This document shows, one piece after another, positions 10,601-22,250 of a stretch of DNA of 64,000 bases. The stretch covers positions 8,742,001 through 8,806,000 of the forward strand of contig CM119378.1 of NCBI GenBank assembly GCA_051294905.1, given 5' to 3'. Both the position numbers and the translations under genes were made by a program. The DNA comes from Botryllus schlosseri. Lineage: Eukaryota. Positions within the stretch are counted from its first letter, which is position 1, and every line of letters begins with the position of its first letter. Below the pieces are notes generated by a model, which saw only the letters and a program-made list of their open reading frames with translations, ran no database searches and was not told where the DNA came from.

Positions 10601-13600
10601 ATTTTGACATTTCGAAAGTGTCCGCCTGCTACTGCTGAAAGTATGTGACCAATCGACTGAATCTACCTTGTGAGAACTTTTGAGTTGTTAATTTTCCACT
10701 TCTGTTTGAACTAGTTATGACATGTCCTTTAAATCGCTATTTTTAATCGCTAATGTGAAATGAATGTTGCGCAGTTTGCATACGAGTCATTGCTAATTCT
10801 CATTTTTCCTGTCAGGCCGCGGCGGACTTTACTTATAAAGGAAAGACTGATAAACACGAGTCGCAGAAAGGTATTTTATTGAGTCGCACATTGTTTTCTT
10901 CGAGCACCATGATGCCTGCTGCGTGCTGCCTTACGTTCACAATATCATTTTTTAAGTTTCTAATTGAAACCGCTGATTTATTTTTTACCGATGCGATCCA
11001 TTTGAATGGCTCACTGACTGGAAATGGCATGGATGTGCGATCGCAGGACTTGATCATGAATTTCCGCGGCTATATATATTCTCAGCTGCGTGTCATAGTA
11101 ATCAAGCTTAATCAATCTTAACTTGTGTAACATCCAATACTCGCAATAGGTTGCAGGCAATTCTCGACTTCTCCCATCTGATATGTAGAATTGAATCATG
11201 TCCCTATCTGATCCACACACCACTTAGGCAGTGTCGCTGGTTAAAAACTGATGATTGACAAGGGTGTCAATCCGAAAATTTCTCCCTATAATGTAGCCTG
11301 ATATAGTTCGCCGAGATTTTCTTGTTTAAGCACCCCAGGCTTTATGGCATGTGATTCGCTTGTGTTCAGCGTTATCCAACATTGGTTACTCAACAGCACC
11401 ATAGATGCTATCATTTCGAACACTTCTTGGTCCGTTTAAGAATTTATATCGTGGGCTGATGTGGAACTGGATATCTTTGCTAATACTCAAAAACTTCCAG
11501 TAACAGTCTAAGTTGCAAATGATCTTGCAGTTTGGTTGAGGTTGAGGTTGATTCATGGCATGAGTGAAGATGGAATCACAGTGTAAGCTTGTTTTGTTAC
11601 ATGATGAATTATACAAATTATTATATGAATCATGAAGGCTGTTGATTGGTGTCGGTGTTGAGTTTTGAATGATCAATATAAGGCTGGGTATCATGATTGG
11701 AGTACTCGAATCTGAATCGCGTATTAATTCTATTGCTTCGAGTCGAGTAAATAGTGATAGATGATCTTTTTGAGCACTGAAATGAGACTCACTCTACCAC
11801 GAAAATTATCGACGAAAATTATGGTTGAAACCTTGAAACCTCGATTGGTCGTATCGCAGCATACGAGACATGTAGCCCAGCACAAAGCTGAACAGTAGGG
11901 CTCTTCAAATATGACTTTTTTTCTCAAATCGTACTGGCTACATGATAAAATTGTTAGGTTACCTAATTTAAGCCTACACCAAATTTGGTTCAATTCCAAC
12001 CAGTAGCCGCATTGCTACAGGAGAAGAACGTTTCTATTTATTATGTAAAAATAAATAACAAAAAATTTGAAAATTTTCTGTTTACCGCATGAAAGTGATA
12101 GGTTGTCTATAGAAACGATGTTCACCAAATTTGGTTCAATTCCAAACAGTGGAAGCGGAGTTATTGCCGTCGGAAAATTTGGATTATAAATAAAATAGTA
12201 TTTACGGTGACCAATTCTTTAATTATTTATTATAGTGGTGCCCACCGTAAATACTATTTTATTCAAATCCAAATTTTTCGACAGCAATAACTCCGCTTCC
12301 ATTGTTTGGAATTGAACCAAATTTGGTGAACATCGTTTCTATAGACAACCTAACACTTTCATGGGGTGAACAGAAAATTTTCAAATTTTTTGTTATTTAT
12401 TTTTACATGATAAATAGAAACTTTCTTCTCCTGTGGCAATGCGGCTACTGGTTGGAATTGAACCAAATTTGGTGCGTAGGCTTAAATTAGGTAACCTAAC
12501 AATTTTATCAAGTAGCCAACACGGTTTGAGAAAAAAAGTCATTTTTGAAGAGCCCTACTGCACAGTAAATACGTTAGTAAAAATGACATAACTGTGAAGT
12601 CGTGATTAACCCATAGTATTGTCTCAAATTAACGTGAATGTGATGTAGAATTGGCATTATGTTATTTGTGGTTGCATAAATGGTACATATTTGAACTCGA
12701 CGACTTGAAGCCTAATACTCTATTCAGAATCGAATCACCCGGGCTCTCGATTTTGCCAGCCCTGGGGATCCCCGACGGTTTATTTTGGTACTTTGCCTGG
12801 CGGTGGGTGTTGAATCATGTGAAAACACAAATTTATGCTTGCTAATCTCGCACTATTTTCCTGCGTTTCCGCCCGTGCCGCATGCGAAATCTCACTTGAT
12901 TTTTGTCGTTTTTCGCGTTTCTCTCCCTTCGCGGAGCAAGATTATTCTTACGGCTTCGGCGGCAAGTACGGAGTGCAGAAAGATCGTCAGGACAAATCCG
13001 CTCTGTCGTGGGAGCACCATGAGAAGTTGAATGCGCATGCGTCGCAACGAGGTTATGATTACTGCATGAACTTCTTTGTGTTTCTGCCTTGCGCTTGGTG
13101 ACTCGTTGACGTCACTCGCTTGTTGACGGTGACAATCGGTGGCTTCGTGTTTGTCTTGGGAAATTCGAATTATTTTGGAAATCCTGCCCTTTACGCTCAT
13201 CCTGGAGTAAACTTTTTTAGGAAATGAACTCACTTTACTTACGCGCACCAGTTAGAAGCTGGCCAAATTTTGCAGCCTGTTGAAGATGAATATATTTTCG
13301 GAGCCAAATCGAAACTGTATCGAATGCTAGATAACATTTGAATCAGAAGTAATTCTATTGAATGGAGTCCAAATGATGGTCACTTTTTTAAAGTTATTCA
13401 ATCTATCGACGGACTAGCAGTGTGGCTGTCACTGCGCAAATATATGGCTTCGTTGATAAGCCAACTGTGGGAGAACGTAAGCGAAATAATTTATCTGCTA
13501 CGGGAGGGATGCATTATGAGCAAATTATACTTGAAGCTGTACGAATGACGGTTTGGTTGGCGTCTTCATGCCATTTATTTGAAACACTATCACAATTGGT

Positions 13601-16600
13601 TCATTTCTGATAATTTGTTGTTTAAATTACGTCAAACACGAGTTTGAAGATTCGTATCAGTGCTGAATGCATAGTTTCAACGTCCCATTTGTAAAAATAG
13701 TTTGATATATTAATCAAAATTTGTGCTAAGGAAGTAGATAATATATGTTGTTACAGGGCTAAGGGCAGTGGTACTGTTACAATACGTGGTTTCTTAAGTA
13801 AACTTTCACGTTTTATGTTGAATTCTACCTGACTGTAACATTCTAACTTGACAGATTATTCCACTGGCTTCGGTGGCAAATACGGAGTTCAGACAGACAG
13901 GCAAGATAAAGCCGCCCATACTTGGGAAGAGCGGTCAGAACTATCGAAGCATGATTCTCAAAAAGGTCAGTGGACTTTGTGTACTGTGTAGTATTCAGAG
14001 GGGACCAAAGTGGTCAGCGATTGTATTCAGGCACAAATAGAAGTGACAACATAAATTTCTAAATTCGATCACAAGTATATGTATTGGCGTCAAGACACAC
14101 CAAAACTGCTTGATATGGAAGTAGAAAATGAATAGTCGGAAGGGTACTCTAGTATCTAATCTGAAGACTTTCTTTAGTCTATGTCCGGTAACATCTTTCA
14201 TGATCACGTGACATATTTATGTGAAAATAGCGGTATGTCATCTGCTTTCATAAATATGTGCATTTTTCGTGGCTATAGTCTGTTACTGTCAATCGGACAC
14301 TACATCGCTTGGTTTTTATGAAGAGTTGCGGTAATGTCAGTGACCGAAATCTATCCGGAAGTATCTAATATCCATCACCTTCTTTCTTGGTGTGACAAAT
14401 TAAAACTTATCTTTAAGCGGCCAAACTTAAACAGAAACTTTTGAAGTAAAAAGTTTGTAAACACGATATCAAGACTGGGTAGTACAATTTGGAAAAAGTA
14501 GGAGCCACTGTCAATATCTATTAATAGTTGGGTGCTCGGTAGGTCAGAGTAAGCGAATCTGCGCCTGGTTTTGCATAGAAAAATGTCAAGTAGAAGTAGA
14601 AATAGTCTAAATCAGCGGTTTCCAATCTTTTTCGACTCGTCGCCCCCTTACCAAGCCCGGCACAAATTTTCGCCCCCAGATATTTATGGATCCTTAAAAG
14701 AGGACACATAGTCCGGAAATTGATTCACCCGACTCTGATCACTGGTGAATTGACGGAAAATGGTCATTTTTTTGGAGACGGTGCTCGGAAAGCCAGTTTC
14801 CTCGACTACTTCCCGTTGGGTTGACCTTTTTTTAGTCAACTTTCGCGTCACATGCAGAATAAGCCGTCTTCACGTGCATTTTTTAGCCGTGTTAGTTGTG
14901 TTAATTAAATATATCTCGCCAGTCCCACAGTCGTCCCCTTTGGAGTTTTCGCCCCCTTGTTTCTCATAATCTCCCACAGGGGGCGATATCTACACCGCAA
15001 GCACTCGAGGAAGTAGTGTAGGCAGAATCTTCTTGAAGTAACTGTGGAAATACTTCATCATGTGAGCGGAGGGAGCGGGAGGCACTTTTGATCAAGCCTG
15101 AAATTTTGATTTCCGTCTGTGTGACGGATGACACAAAATTAGTATTGGATACTCAGCTGACTGAGTCCGCTTGGCGTATTAAACAGATTACACGGCCGGA
15201 TTTGGTGGAAAATACGGCGTCCAGAAAGACAGGCAAGATGCAGCCGCGCATGGTTGGGATGAAAAGGTGTCGTTGTCGCAACACGATTCGCAAAAAGGTA
15301 TTTGTTTTCGTTTCGCTGGATTCATTTATGAAGCTATGAAACAATGTTGATTTCGCATGAAAATAATCAAATTTTCGTGAACTCTGAATTGTTACTTCTG
15401 GGCGGATTGATAGGAATGCTAGTTTCGCATTTTCTTAAGTGCGATTACTAAGAATAATTCATCATCCGCCAAATTGTTCGGTAGTCATGCCTGTGATTTG
15501 AGTTTCCGATGAATTCAAACTTGATTGCCATGCAAAAAGCTTGCATCTTCACAGTCTCCTCGTGATAGGCCGTGGTTAGCCATTTTTGAATAATATCTTC
15601 AACTTGAAACGAACCTAGATATTTTCGGCAGCCACTCGTCGGGGTCAGCAACTAGTATTGAGATTTGAACTTAGTATATCAGCAGTCATCTGTCATGAGG
15701 TTTATAATATTCAATTGTATATGGAAGTTCTGGACCTCTAAGAGTCTCTTAGCGTTTGTGGAAACTGAAAGAATGATATACTAAAGGGATTTGAGATAAC
15801 GAAACACGGAGTCAAATAAACAAAACACAGATACAGCAAGAAATTAATTTGTTTCATTCAAATTGTAATCGACAGCTTCAAGAATAGTGCTCTGTGTGAT
15901 ATAATTTCAATATGTTTGCGACCGATTGAGATTTGATGCATGCGTTTTTGTGCCGATTTTTATGGTTTTGCTTGCGACGCGATCGAATAGACTATGCGGT
16001 CGGCTTCGGCGGAAAATACGGAGTACAGAAAGATCGGCAGGACGCGGGCGCCTACGGCTGGGAGGAACAGCAGAAGCTTTCTCAGCACGATTCGCAAAAA
16101 GGTTTCGGATTTAATTTTGCTCATTTGGCTAATTGATTGCCTTGCATCGGTTATTTTTTAATTTGATTGCTGCGAATTGTAATTTCGAACTGGGTGGGTA
16201 GTGTGTTTGTTTTGTATGTTGTCGTGTGATTGTCGTATGGTCGATTGGTGTTATCGTGGTTGTTATTTATCTGTAAATCGTTTAGATCATTCGGCGGGCT
16301 TTGGGGGAAAATATGGCGTGCAAAAGGACAGAGTGGACGAGGTTTGTAGTTATTTTTCACAAATAGACATAGAATACTGTAATGTCAATGCGTTTTTAAA
16401 TATCAAAATCTGTCGGGGCCCACCACTCCTTTATTTAACACACAGTAGCTTTGACTTCTGTGACCATAACATTGGAACCGCCATTGTTGAATTCTTGTAG
16501 ACTCGGTGTAGTTTCGTAATTCAAGCTTTTCTAGTATAGTGGTTTCCAGCCGCGGTCCATTACGATGCTGCTGCGGCTAAGAGTCCTGTGGACAGGACAT

Positions 16601-19600
16601 TCACAAAATGAGCGGGAATATGCAATAGATGTGTGGCTGTGAATCAGAAATTTTAGGCAAGACAATATCTACTGCACAGCAAAACCCATGATTGGTAGGG
16701 CAAAGCTTGTAGGGGCCCCTCTGAAATTATTTGCTTATTCAACATCAAACGGATCATTTTGGCGCAGATGTTTACGCCTGCAAATTTTGTTTCCATTTTG
16801 CATGATGATCCATCTTATTCAGCGCTAAGATTTCTTTTGATATGTTCACAACAATATATGGTTCCAAGATCAGCATTTTGAATAGCTGTCGACCTTTTTT
16901 GTTCCTGCCACGACTCTGTTTTAAGAACCCGTCAATTACTGTGTTTAATGTTTGCGAGTATTTAAAAATCTGATTTCAAAAGTTTGTATATTCAGCCTTA
17001 AAAATTATGGCGTCTGCATGCTTGATAATCTTTAGAAAGGGCTCGGTGACCAGAAAAAGGTTGAAGCCACAGTGGTGGTTTATCAGCTGAAACTGAACTT
17101 GAAACTTAATAATATGGCTTGAGATTGATATTTTGACGAGCAAAGGGGAAATAATCGTGGTCGGCGTTTGCTCCTACTTGAAATGATATAAAACATAAGA
17201 TTTACCGATTTTTTTCAGAGCGCCGGAACATTCGAAGACATGTCAGGCGTCACGTCGTCCTACAAGCCTACCAAACCAGCGCCATGTGAGTTTTGACGTT
17301 GGATTGATTGTGGTTTTCAGTATAGGAATAGCATGGTGGACTGGCGCAAGACTTAAAAATCCTTACAAGGCTGTTTCTGCACCTTCCTTGTCCACAGTCG
17401 TATGCAAATCATGCACAGATAGTGTGTATGCATATCTTAAGTCGGTGTATATGCCGCAAAAACACCAAGGACAAAAACATACAATTTTCTATTCCTATCA
17501 TATCATTCGTGTGTAAACTGATTTCAAATGCTGAAAATTGGAAAAGCGTTTTTTGTTCACGTCACTGTTACGAAACAATGAAAATAGAATCAAAATACGT
17601 GATAAATTAATTTTTTGTTGCTTTGCTATGTCAGTCTATATTAAGCGAAAACTTCCCCAAAGAGAAAACTGAAATGTTACCCCGTCAAGCTTTCAGTTTC
17701 ATTTCAAGCTTATTCTTGTGGGCCGCCGAAGATTTTCACCGTGCCGATTCCCATTTTGTCGCGCAGCGGGCACCAGTACTGGCAACATCCGGAATCGATT
17801 CGAGAACATGGCGCTGCAGCAGGAGCAGGAGGAAGCCAATCGAAGAGAGGAGGAAAAAGCGCGACGGGCTGCCAAAGAGCAGGCTGAACGTAAGGCTGCA
17901 CAGGAACGCCAGCAGAGAGAAGCTGAAGCAGAGGAAGAGGTTTGCGACTATTTATCTTACACCGGTGGTTAACCAACGTTGGCGATTTTGAGAAACAGGA
18001 TGGCGTAATAACAAAGGGGGCGAAAGTGTTGGAACGTTAATATATGTCGATATGCGATAAATATATATCGAGATTGATAACGGGTAATGAGTTGAAAAAG
18101 GGAAACTGCAGTCTTCCACCCTGTGTCACACTGGAGTCCGCCATGCTAGAAACTTTTTCTAGGCACGATTCAAGTACCCGTACTGGAGTGTTATTTGTAA
18201 TGGATTTTGAAATACTGGAATCATACACCCCTTTTCACTGTTGAGTTTATTACCAACGACAATTTGACTTTCAATGCTTTTCATCCCAACACCTTGAAAC
18301 CTCGACTGGCTGAGTCTGGAGGATGTCAGTAACGAGGCACTTCTACTTTTTCGGAGCACTCGAATAGTTTCGGCCTACTTGCAGCACTTAATAAGTGGTT
18401 ATGTTATTAGAGTACTTCCAATTCTACGTGAAGAGTTTTTGGGCAAAACTAATCACTTTTTACAATTGGACTTGGAAGAGAGTAGACTGTAGGTTTGAGA
18501 TGCATTTCATCACTTTTATAAATGAACTTGACATGAAAACTGTGTGAAATAGCCCCCCGTATCACGATAACTGTGAATAAATTTGAAGATTGGATCTATT
18601 TTTAGTGTTATTAGTTGCTTTGTGTTAGTCACGAAGATACATATTGTAATTTCGGAAGTAGCCAACCCGATTAACTGCTAAAGAATATGACACCTCGATC
18701 AAATCCGCTTTATGAAACTAATCGGAGTGTTTGTCAGGCCTCTTATGACATGTTGTGGAAATTGCTACCGGTAATTCTTCTTGTAATTGAGAACAAATTT
18801 GGTTTAGTGATATGTGTCCATCACGTGATCGAGTGAGATTGTCATGGCTACTGGGCGAAGTAGTTTTGTTTTAATAAAGTTAGTAATATCTCACAGTCAC
18901 ATTTTGAGTAACTTGAAGTATATCAAACATCTCTCGTAAATCATACTTGTACTGATTACCTACGACACAAACTTCGTAACAGGAGAGGCACGCAGCCGAT
19001 CAGCAGAGACGCGAGCAAGAGCAAAGCCGAGAGGAGGAGCAGAGGCGTGACGAGGAGGAGCGTCGGTATCAGGCGGAGCAGGAGGAACGGAGGAGGCAGG
19101 AAGAGGAGGCGAAGAGACAAGAGCAGATGCAGGTGAGACGCTGTCTGATTGTTATAATGCGTGTCTATGGTAATCCTAATCATATCGTCACTGTGGAATC
19201 GGAGTAGCTTATATCCATTTTACACATTTGAGAGAATCTATTAAATATATTTTCGATTCAGTCGTACGAAGCGGAACCGACCTACGAAGAGACTGCAGAT
19301 CCAAACGACGGATACTCCTACAGTGCGGAACATCCGAGCATCGTGCCGGAAGTGGAAAACGAATATGCAGAAACGGAAGCTCCTCCCCAGCAGCAAGAGC
19401 AAGCCGCTTACCAGGAGGACACGTATGAGGGTACGTCAAAAATATTCCGGGTATAAAGGGAGCAAAAAATCATATCTTAATCCCCGAGTGTCTCGTGTAA
19501 TTTGTCCATTTAAAAACGTACTTGTGTACCTCAATGCGAACAAAGCGATTTATTTTGGAAAATAGAGAGTAATATGACTCTAATGCCCGCTTTCAATCTT

Positions 19601-20279
19601 GGTCCGCTTGCAGTGAAAACAGTTTGAAGCGTACTTGAGCGTTGGCACGTAGTTGTTCCGCTCTTCCGTCCATGCCTAGTTATCGACAACGGTGGTCAGT
19701 AGCAAAGAGCTTCTACTTTTTGGAGTGCGAGGATTCATCTTGCATTAACGAATGTAGCCACCTCCGGTCAATTGCTTAAAGTATGCAAATCCTCAGCTAT
19801 TTATAAATACTTACTTGAATATGGTTGAGGCCTTTATATTCTACTTTTTCTTGAATTGGTTTTGATACATCTTGGAAATCACTACGTTATGGAAGTCGTT
19901 TAGTTTTCTACTCACAATGGTTGAAGTCTGCATTATACTTTCTTTTTGATAAGATCCAAGGTCTCGACGCGGCTCTAAAAATGAATTATATATTTTGCAG
20001 AAGTAGGCGGCCAGCCGCAGGAAGTTCAATCATCCGACCAAGGCATGTGCGCCAGAGCCTTGTACGATTACGAAGCAAGTAAGTGGCAATTTGGATTGTC
20101 TTCGGTACAATCGCATTTTCAACTGTATCTCGACTCTTGTAACAGCTGGCGAGGATGAGATAACATTCGATCCCGACGAAATCATTACCAACATCGAGCA
20201 GGTCGACGAAGGGTGGTGGACTGGAACCTGTCGAGGCATAAACGGACTCTTTCCTGCCAATTACGTGGAGCTTATCTGA
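7657..20279 (+). CDS. CTTN: Cortactin (Src substrate), 17 coding exons
   Basis: Contains the N-terminal acidic DDW motif ([13 protein letters not shown]), [10 protein letters not shown] cortactin repeats, a helical region and a C-terminal SH3 (ALYDYEA…GWW…[10 protein letters not shown]). Phase-consistent exons: 7657-7752, 8472-8545, 8610-8696, 9916-10069, 10139-10249, 10816-10870, 12941-13051, 13855-13965, 15187-15297, 15991-16101, 16286-16341, 17219-17285, 17767-17939, 18983-19132, 19262-19430, 20001-20078, 20146-20279. Confidence 0.96.
7899..8310 (+). mobile_element. tRNA-derived SINE (family 1) in cortactin intron 1
   Basis: Pol III A box TGGTGTAGTGG (7909-7919) and B box GGTTCGATTC (7951-7960) are followed by a non-tRNA body. 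Its 3' part (ggtcgtttcaatatctttct…gtcttgagcg) resembles 46690-46800. It has a simple-repeat tail. Confidence 0.7.
9214..9623. mobile_element. hAT-type MITE, ~410 bp, TIR TAGGGCAAGTTTTTG
   Basis: TIRs at both ends with a perfect 8-bp TSD GTCATAAC (9206-9213, 9624-9631). A near-identical inverted copy is at 32685-33083. Confidence 0.95.
10360..10580 (+). mobile_element. SINE family 2, 5'-truncated copy
   Basis: Shares the ggtgcaagacttggaaattc…gcacagatcgtgt…atatgc(a/c)gcaaaa core and tatcc tail with 17320-17505 and 26905-27210. Confidence 0.65.
11690..12762. mobile_element. Older DNA element (right end gccagccctg) split by a foldback insertion
   Basis: The flanks of the foldback resemble 18200-18370 and 49050-49200 (gaatctgaatcg…; ccttgaaacctcga(t/c)tgg). 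Judged by eye. Confidence 0.4.
11893..12560. mobile_element. Foldback element / long inverted repeat, ~315 bp arms
   Basis: cagtagggctcttcaaa… and …tttgaagagccctactg are inverted ends. The arms stay complementary inward to about 12210 and 12240, leaving a short AT-rich spacer. Confidence 0.9.
15640..15735. repeat. Partial copy of MITE family with core ctgacgattacccctgacgagtgtcagc
   Basis: cactcgtcggggtcagcaactagta…ttcaattgtatatggaagttct matches the copies at 24.5, 52.9 and 55.8 kb. Confidence 0.55.
16538..17072. mobile_element. Diverged hAT-Charlie-like MITE
   Basis: Ends resemble CAGTGGTTCTCAACC-type TIRs (tagtggtttccagccgcggtcc … aaaaaggttgaagccacag). The ends are degenerate. Confidence 0.4.
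17320..17505 (+). mobile_element. SINE family 2, truncated copy
   Basis: ggaatagcatgg…gcaagactt…ccttacaaggct…tatgccgcaaa…cctatc tail, matching 26905-27210. Confidence 0.65.
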
Positions 20280-21257
20280 AATTAATTCCATAAAATTGCA
20301 TAGTAAAGTGTTGGGAGATCTTTAAAATACTCCGCAAAACCGGGATGTAGAACGTCCTACGCGGGCAGTATATTTTTCCTCTTTCAGCTATGACATAAAT
20401 GTATCCAAGATTTTTATAATTTTCTTGATTCGTATTAAATCATGTTCGTATCTTCGTGTAACGATTTATAATGTTCGTTCCTCTGTAATGTCATGCTGCT
20501 TTTGTCGCCTTGCATTCCGGTTAGTCTTGAACAATATCGTTAAGTCTCTGCACAAATGTATCAATTCGCGGTGTGTTCCGGAAGTTGCCTTTAATCATAC
20601 CAAATTCCCTGTACTTAGTATTTTTGACCCTTGTACTCATATCTTACCGGGTGATATCCCGGCTTGTAAATGACTGCTACACGGGCCAATACACTTATTT
20701 ACTGTACGCGTCAATTCTTGACTGCATGGACGCAGAGAGGTTCGTCGTTTTAAGTACCATGTCTATAATCCTTGAAGATTTTGCGGATTCAGTCGGCCAT
20801 TATATTGAAATTTTCATCAGATCGAAATACCAATATTGCGATATAATAAAAAAGATAGGAGGGTGTTGAAATGTATCTAGAGTACGTGGACATCGGCATG
20901 TAGTTATACACTGGATGGAAATAATATAGGAAAACATAAAATGACAAGGGAAGAAAATGAATGTGGTGGCAGGCGAGGTTGATGTCAGGTCGTTGTCTGG
21001 TAATCTTGAGGGCTGTTTAGCTGTTGGTAGATTGGGGCTACAAGGTATCGATATAACTTGAGCTGTAATGGTTGCAACGTTGTGATAAGGAGGCCGATCT
21101 CATTGGAAATGACATCTGAAAGATTCAGCAGGTAGTTTTATCGCGTGTATGCAAGAAGGCAGTGACCATTCGTCCGGTACCGGCGTGACTAATCATAGTA
21201 GTCAATGCACCACAGTTGAAATTATATATAGCCGTGTCTAGCGGCATTGGTGTAGCC

Positions 21258-21575
21258 CAGTGCTTCTCAACCTTTTCGACCTCGCGGCATCCTCTCAAAA
21301 TGAAGATAAATAGCACCGAGCTAAGATAAAGGAGAGATTCGAGTGAAAATGGCCATAAATAGGAAATTCGTGGTTCGAACGGAAACGACGACTTTGATTT
21401 TAGTCAACGAACCACAGAGTATCGTGGAAAATTTACAATTTTTCCGGATTTGACTCCAGTTTTATAGCTCTGACAATTTTGAAAGTGTCCTCCGATTCGA
21501 AAATATGGTAACCCAATTATAGCCTACGTCTTTATTTACCACATTTTCTCTCGGCACACCGGTTGAGAACCACGG
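21258..21575. mobile_element. hAT-Charlie-type MITE, 318 bp, between the convergent CTTN and EXTL3 3' ends
   Basis: TIRs CAGTGCTTCTCAACC / GGTTGAGAACCACGG, with an 8-bp TSD GTGTAGCC / GCGTAGCC (one mismatch). Confidence 0.85.
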
Positions 21576-22250
21576 GCGTAGCCAGAAAAAAAAGTGCATC
21601 ATTCAAACCCAGAATTTGCTCATTCCGGCACTCTTTCTAACTACGCGGTGCTAAAGCTGTCCTCTTCAAATCACCGGGAAAATCGTTAGGCGCACGAGCA
21701 TCTGCCTCTCTAACCCTGGCTGCTGCACTCAAATCAATATTTTCTTCATGAGCCAGACACAAGTGTAAAAGCTCTGTACTTTACCAGTGTACACCAGTGC
21801 TGGCTACACATAGCAGAAACAATTATTGATGTAAGCAAATCATTTATTGCCGAGTAGTCGAAGACAAAAAGTATTGCATATATAGAAACTAAGGTATAGA
21901 ATATAAAATACGAGTTCCCCACCACAATGGCAGATGTATGAACACACTGATCGCTCTCTCGTGTGCCCGGCTACAGATAAAAATAGAAGGAAGAATCAAG
22001 TTACACACTGCCGATATATGAATCGGCAAGACTTGGCAAATTGAAGATCGTATATCAAACAGAGCTAAGGTCTTTATCCAAACTGTAACGTGCTGTAAAT
22101 TTTATTTGCTAACTTTAACCATATATTGTACCACATTTAGCGCTGGGAAAAATATAAAAAACGTCAATTCAAAATTGTGTAATATACCATATGCCGCCGA
22201 GTTCACGTTAAAACACAAATATAGAAAGCAAAAGTACAAAGCAAAGAGAG

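Noticed and set aside
14975-14995. CTCF-like site cccacagggggcg
   Set aside because: It mismatches two core positions of the consensus and is unsupported without data.
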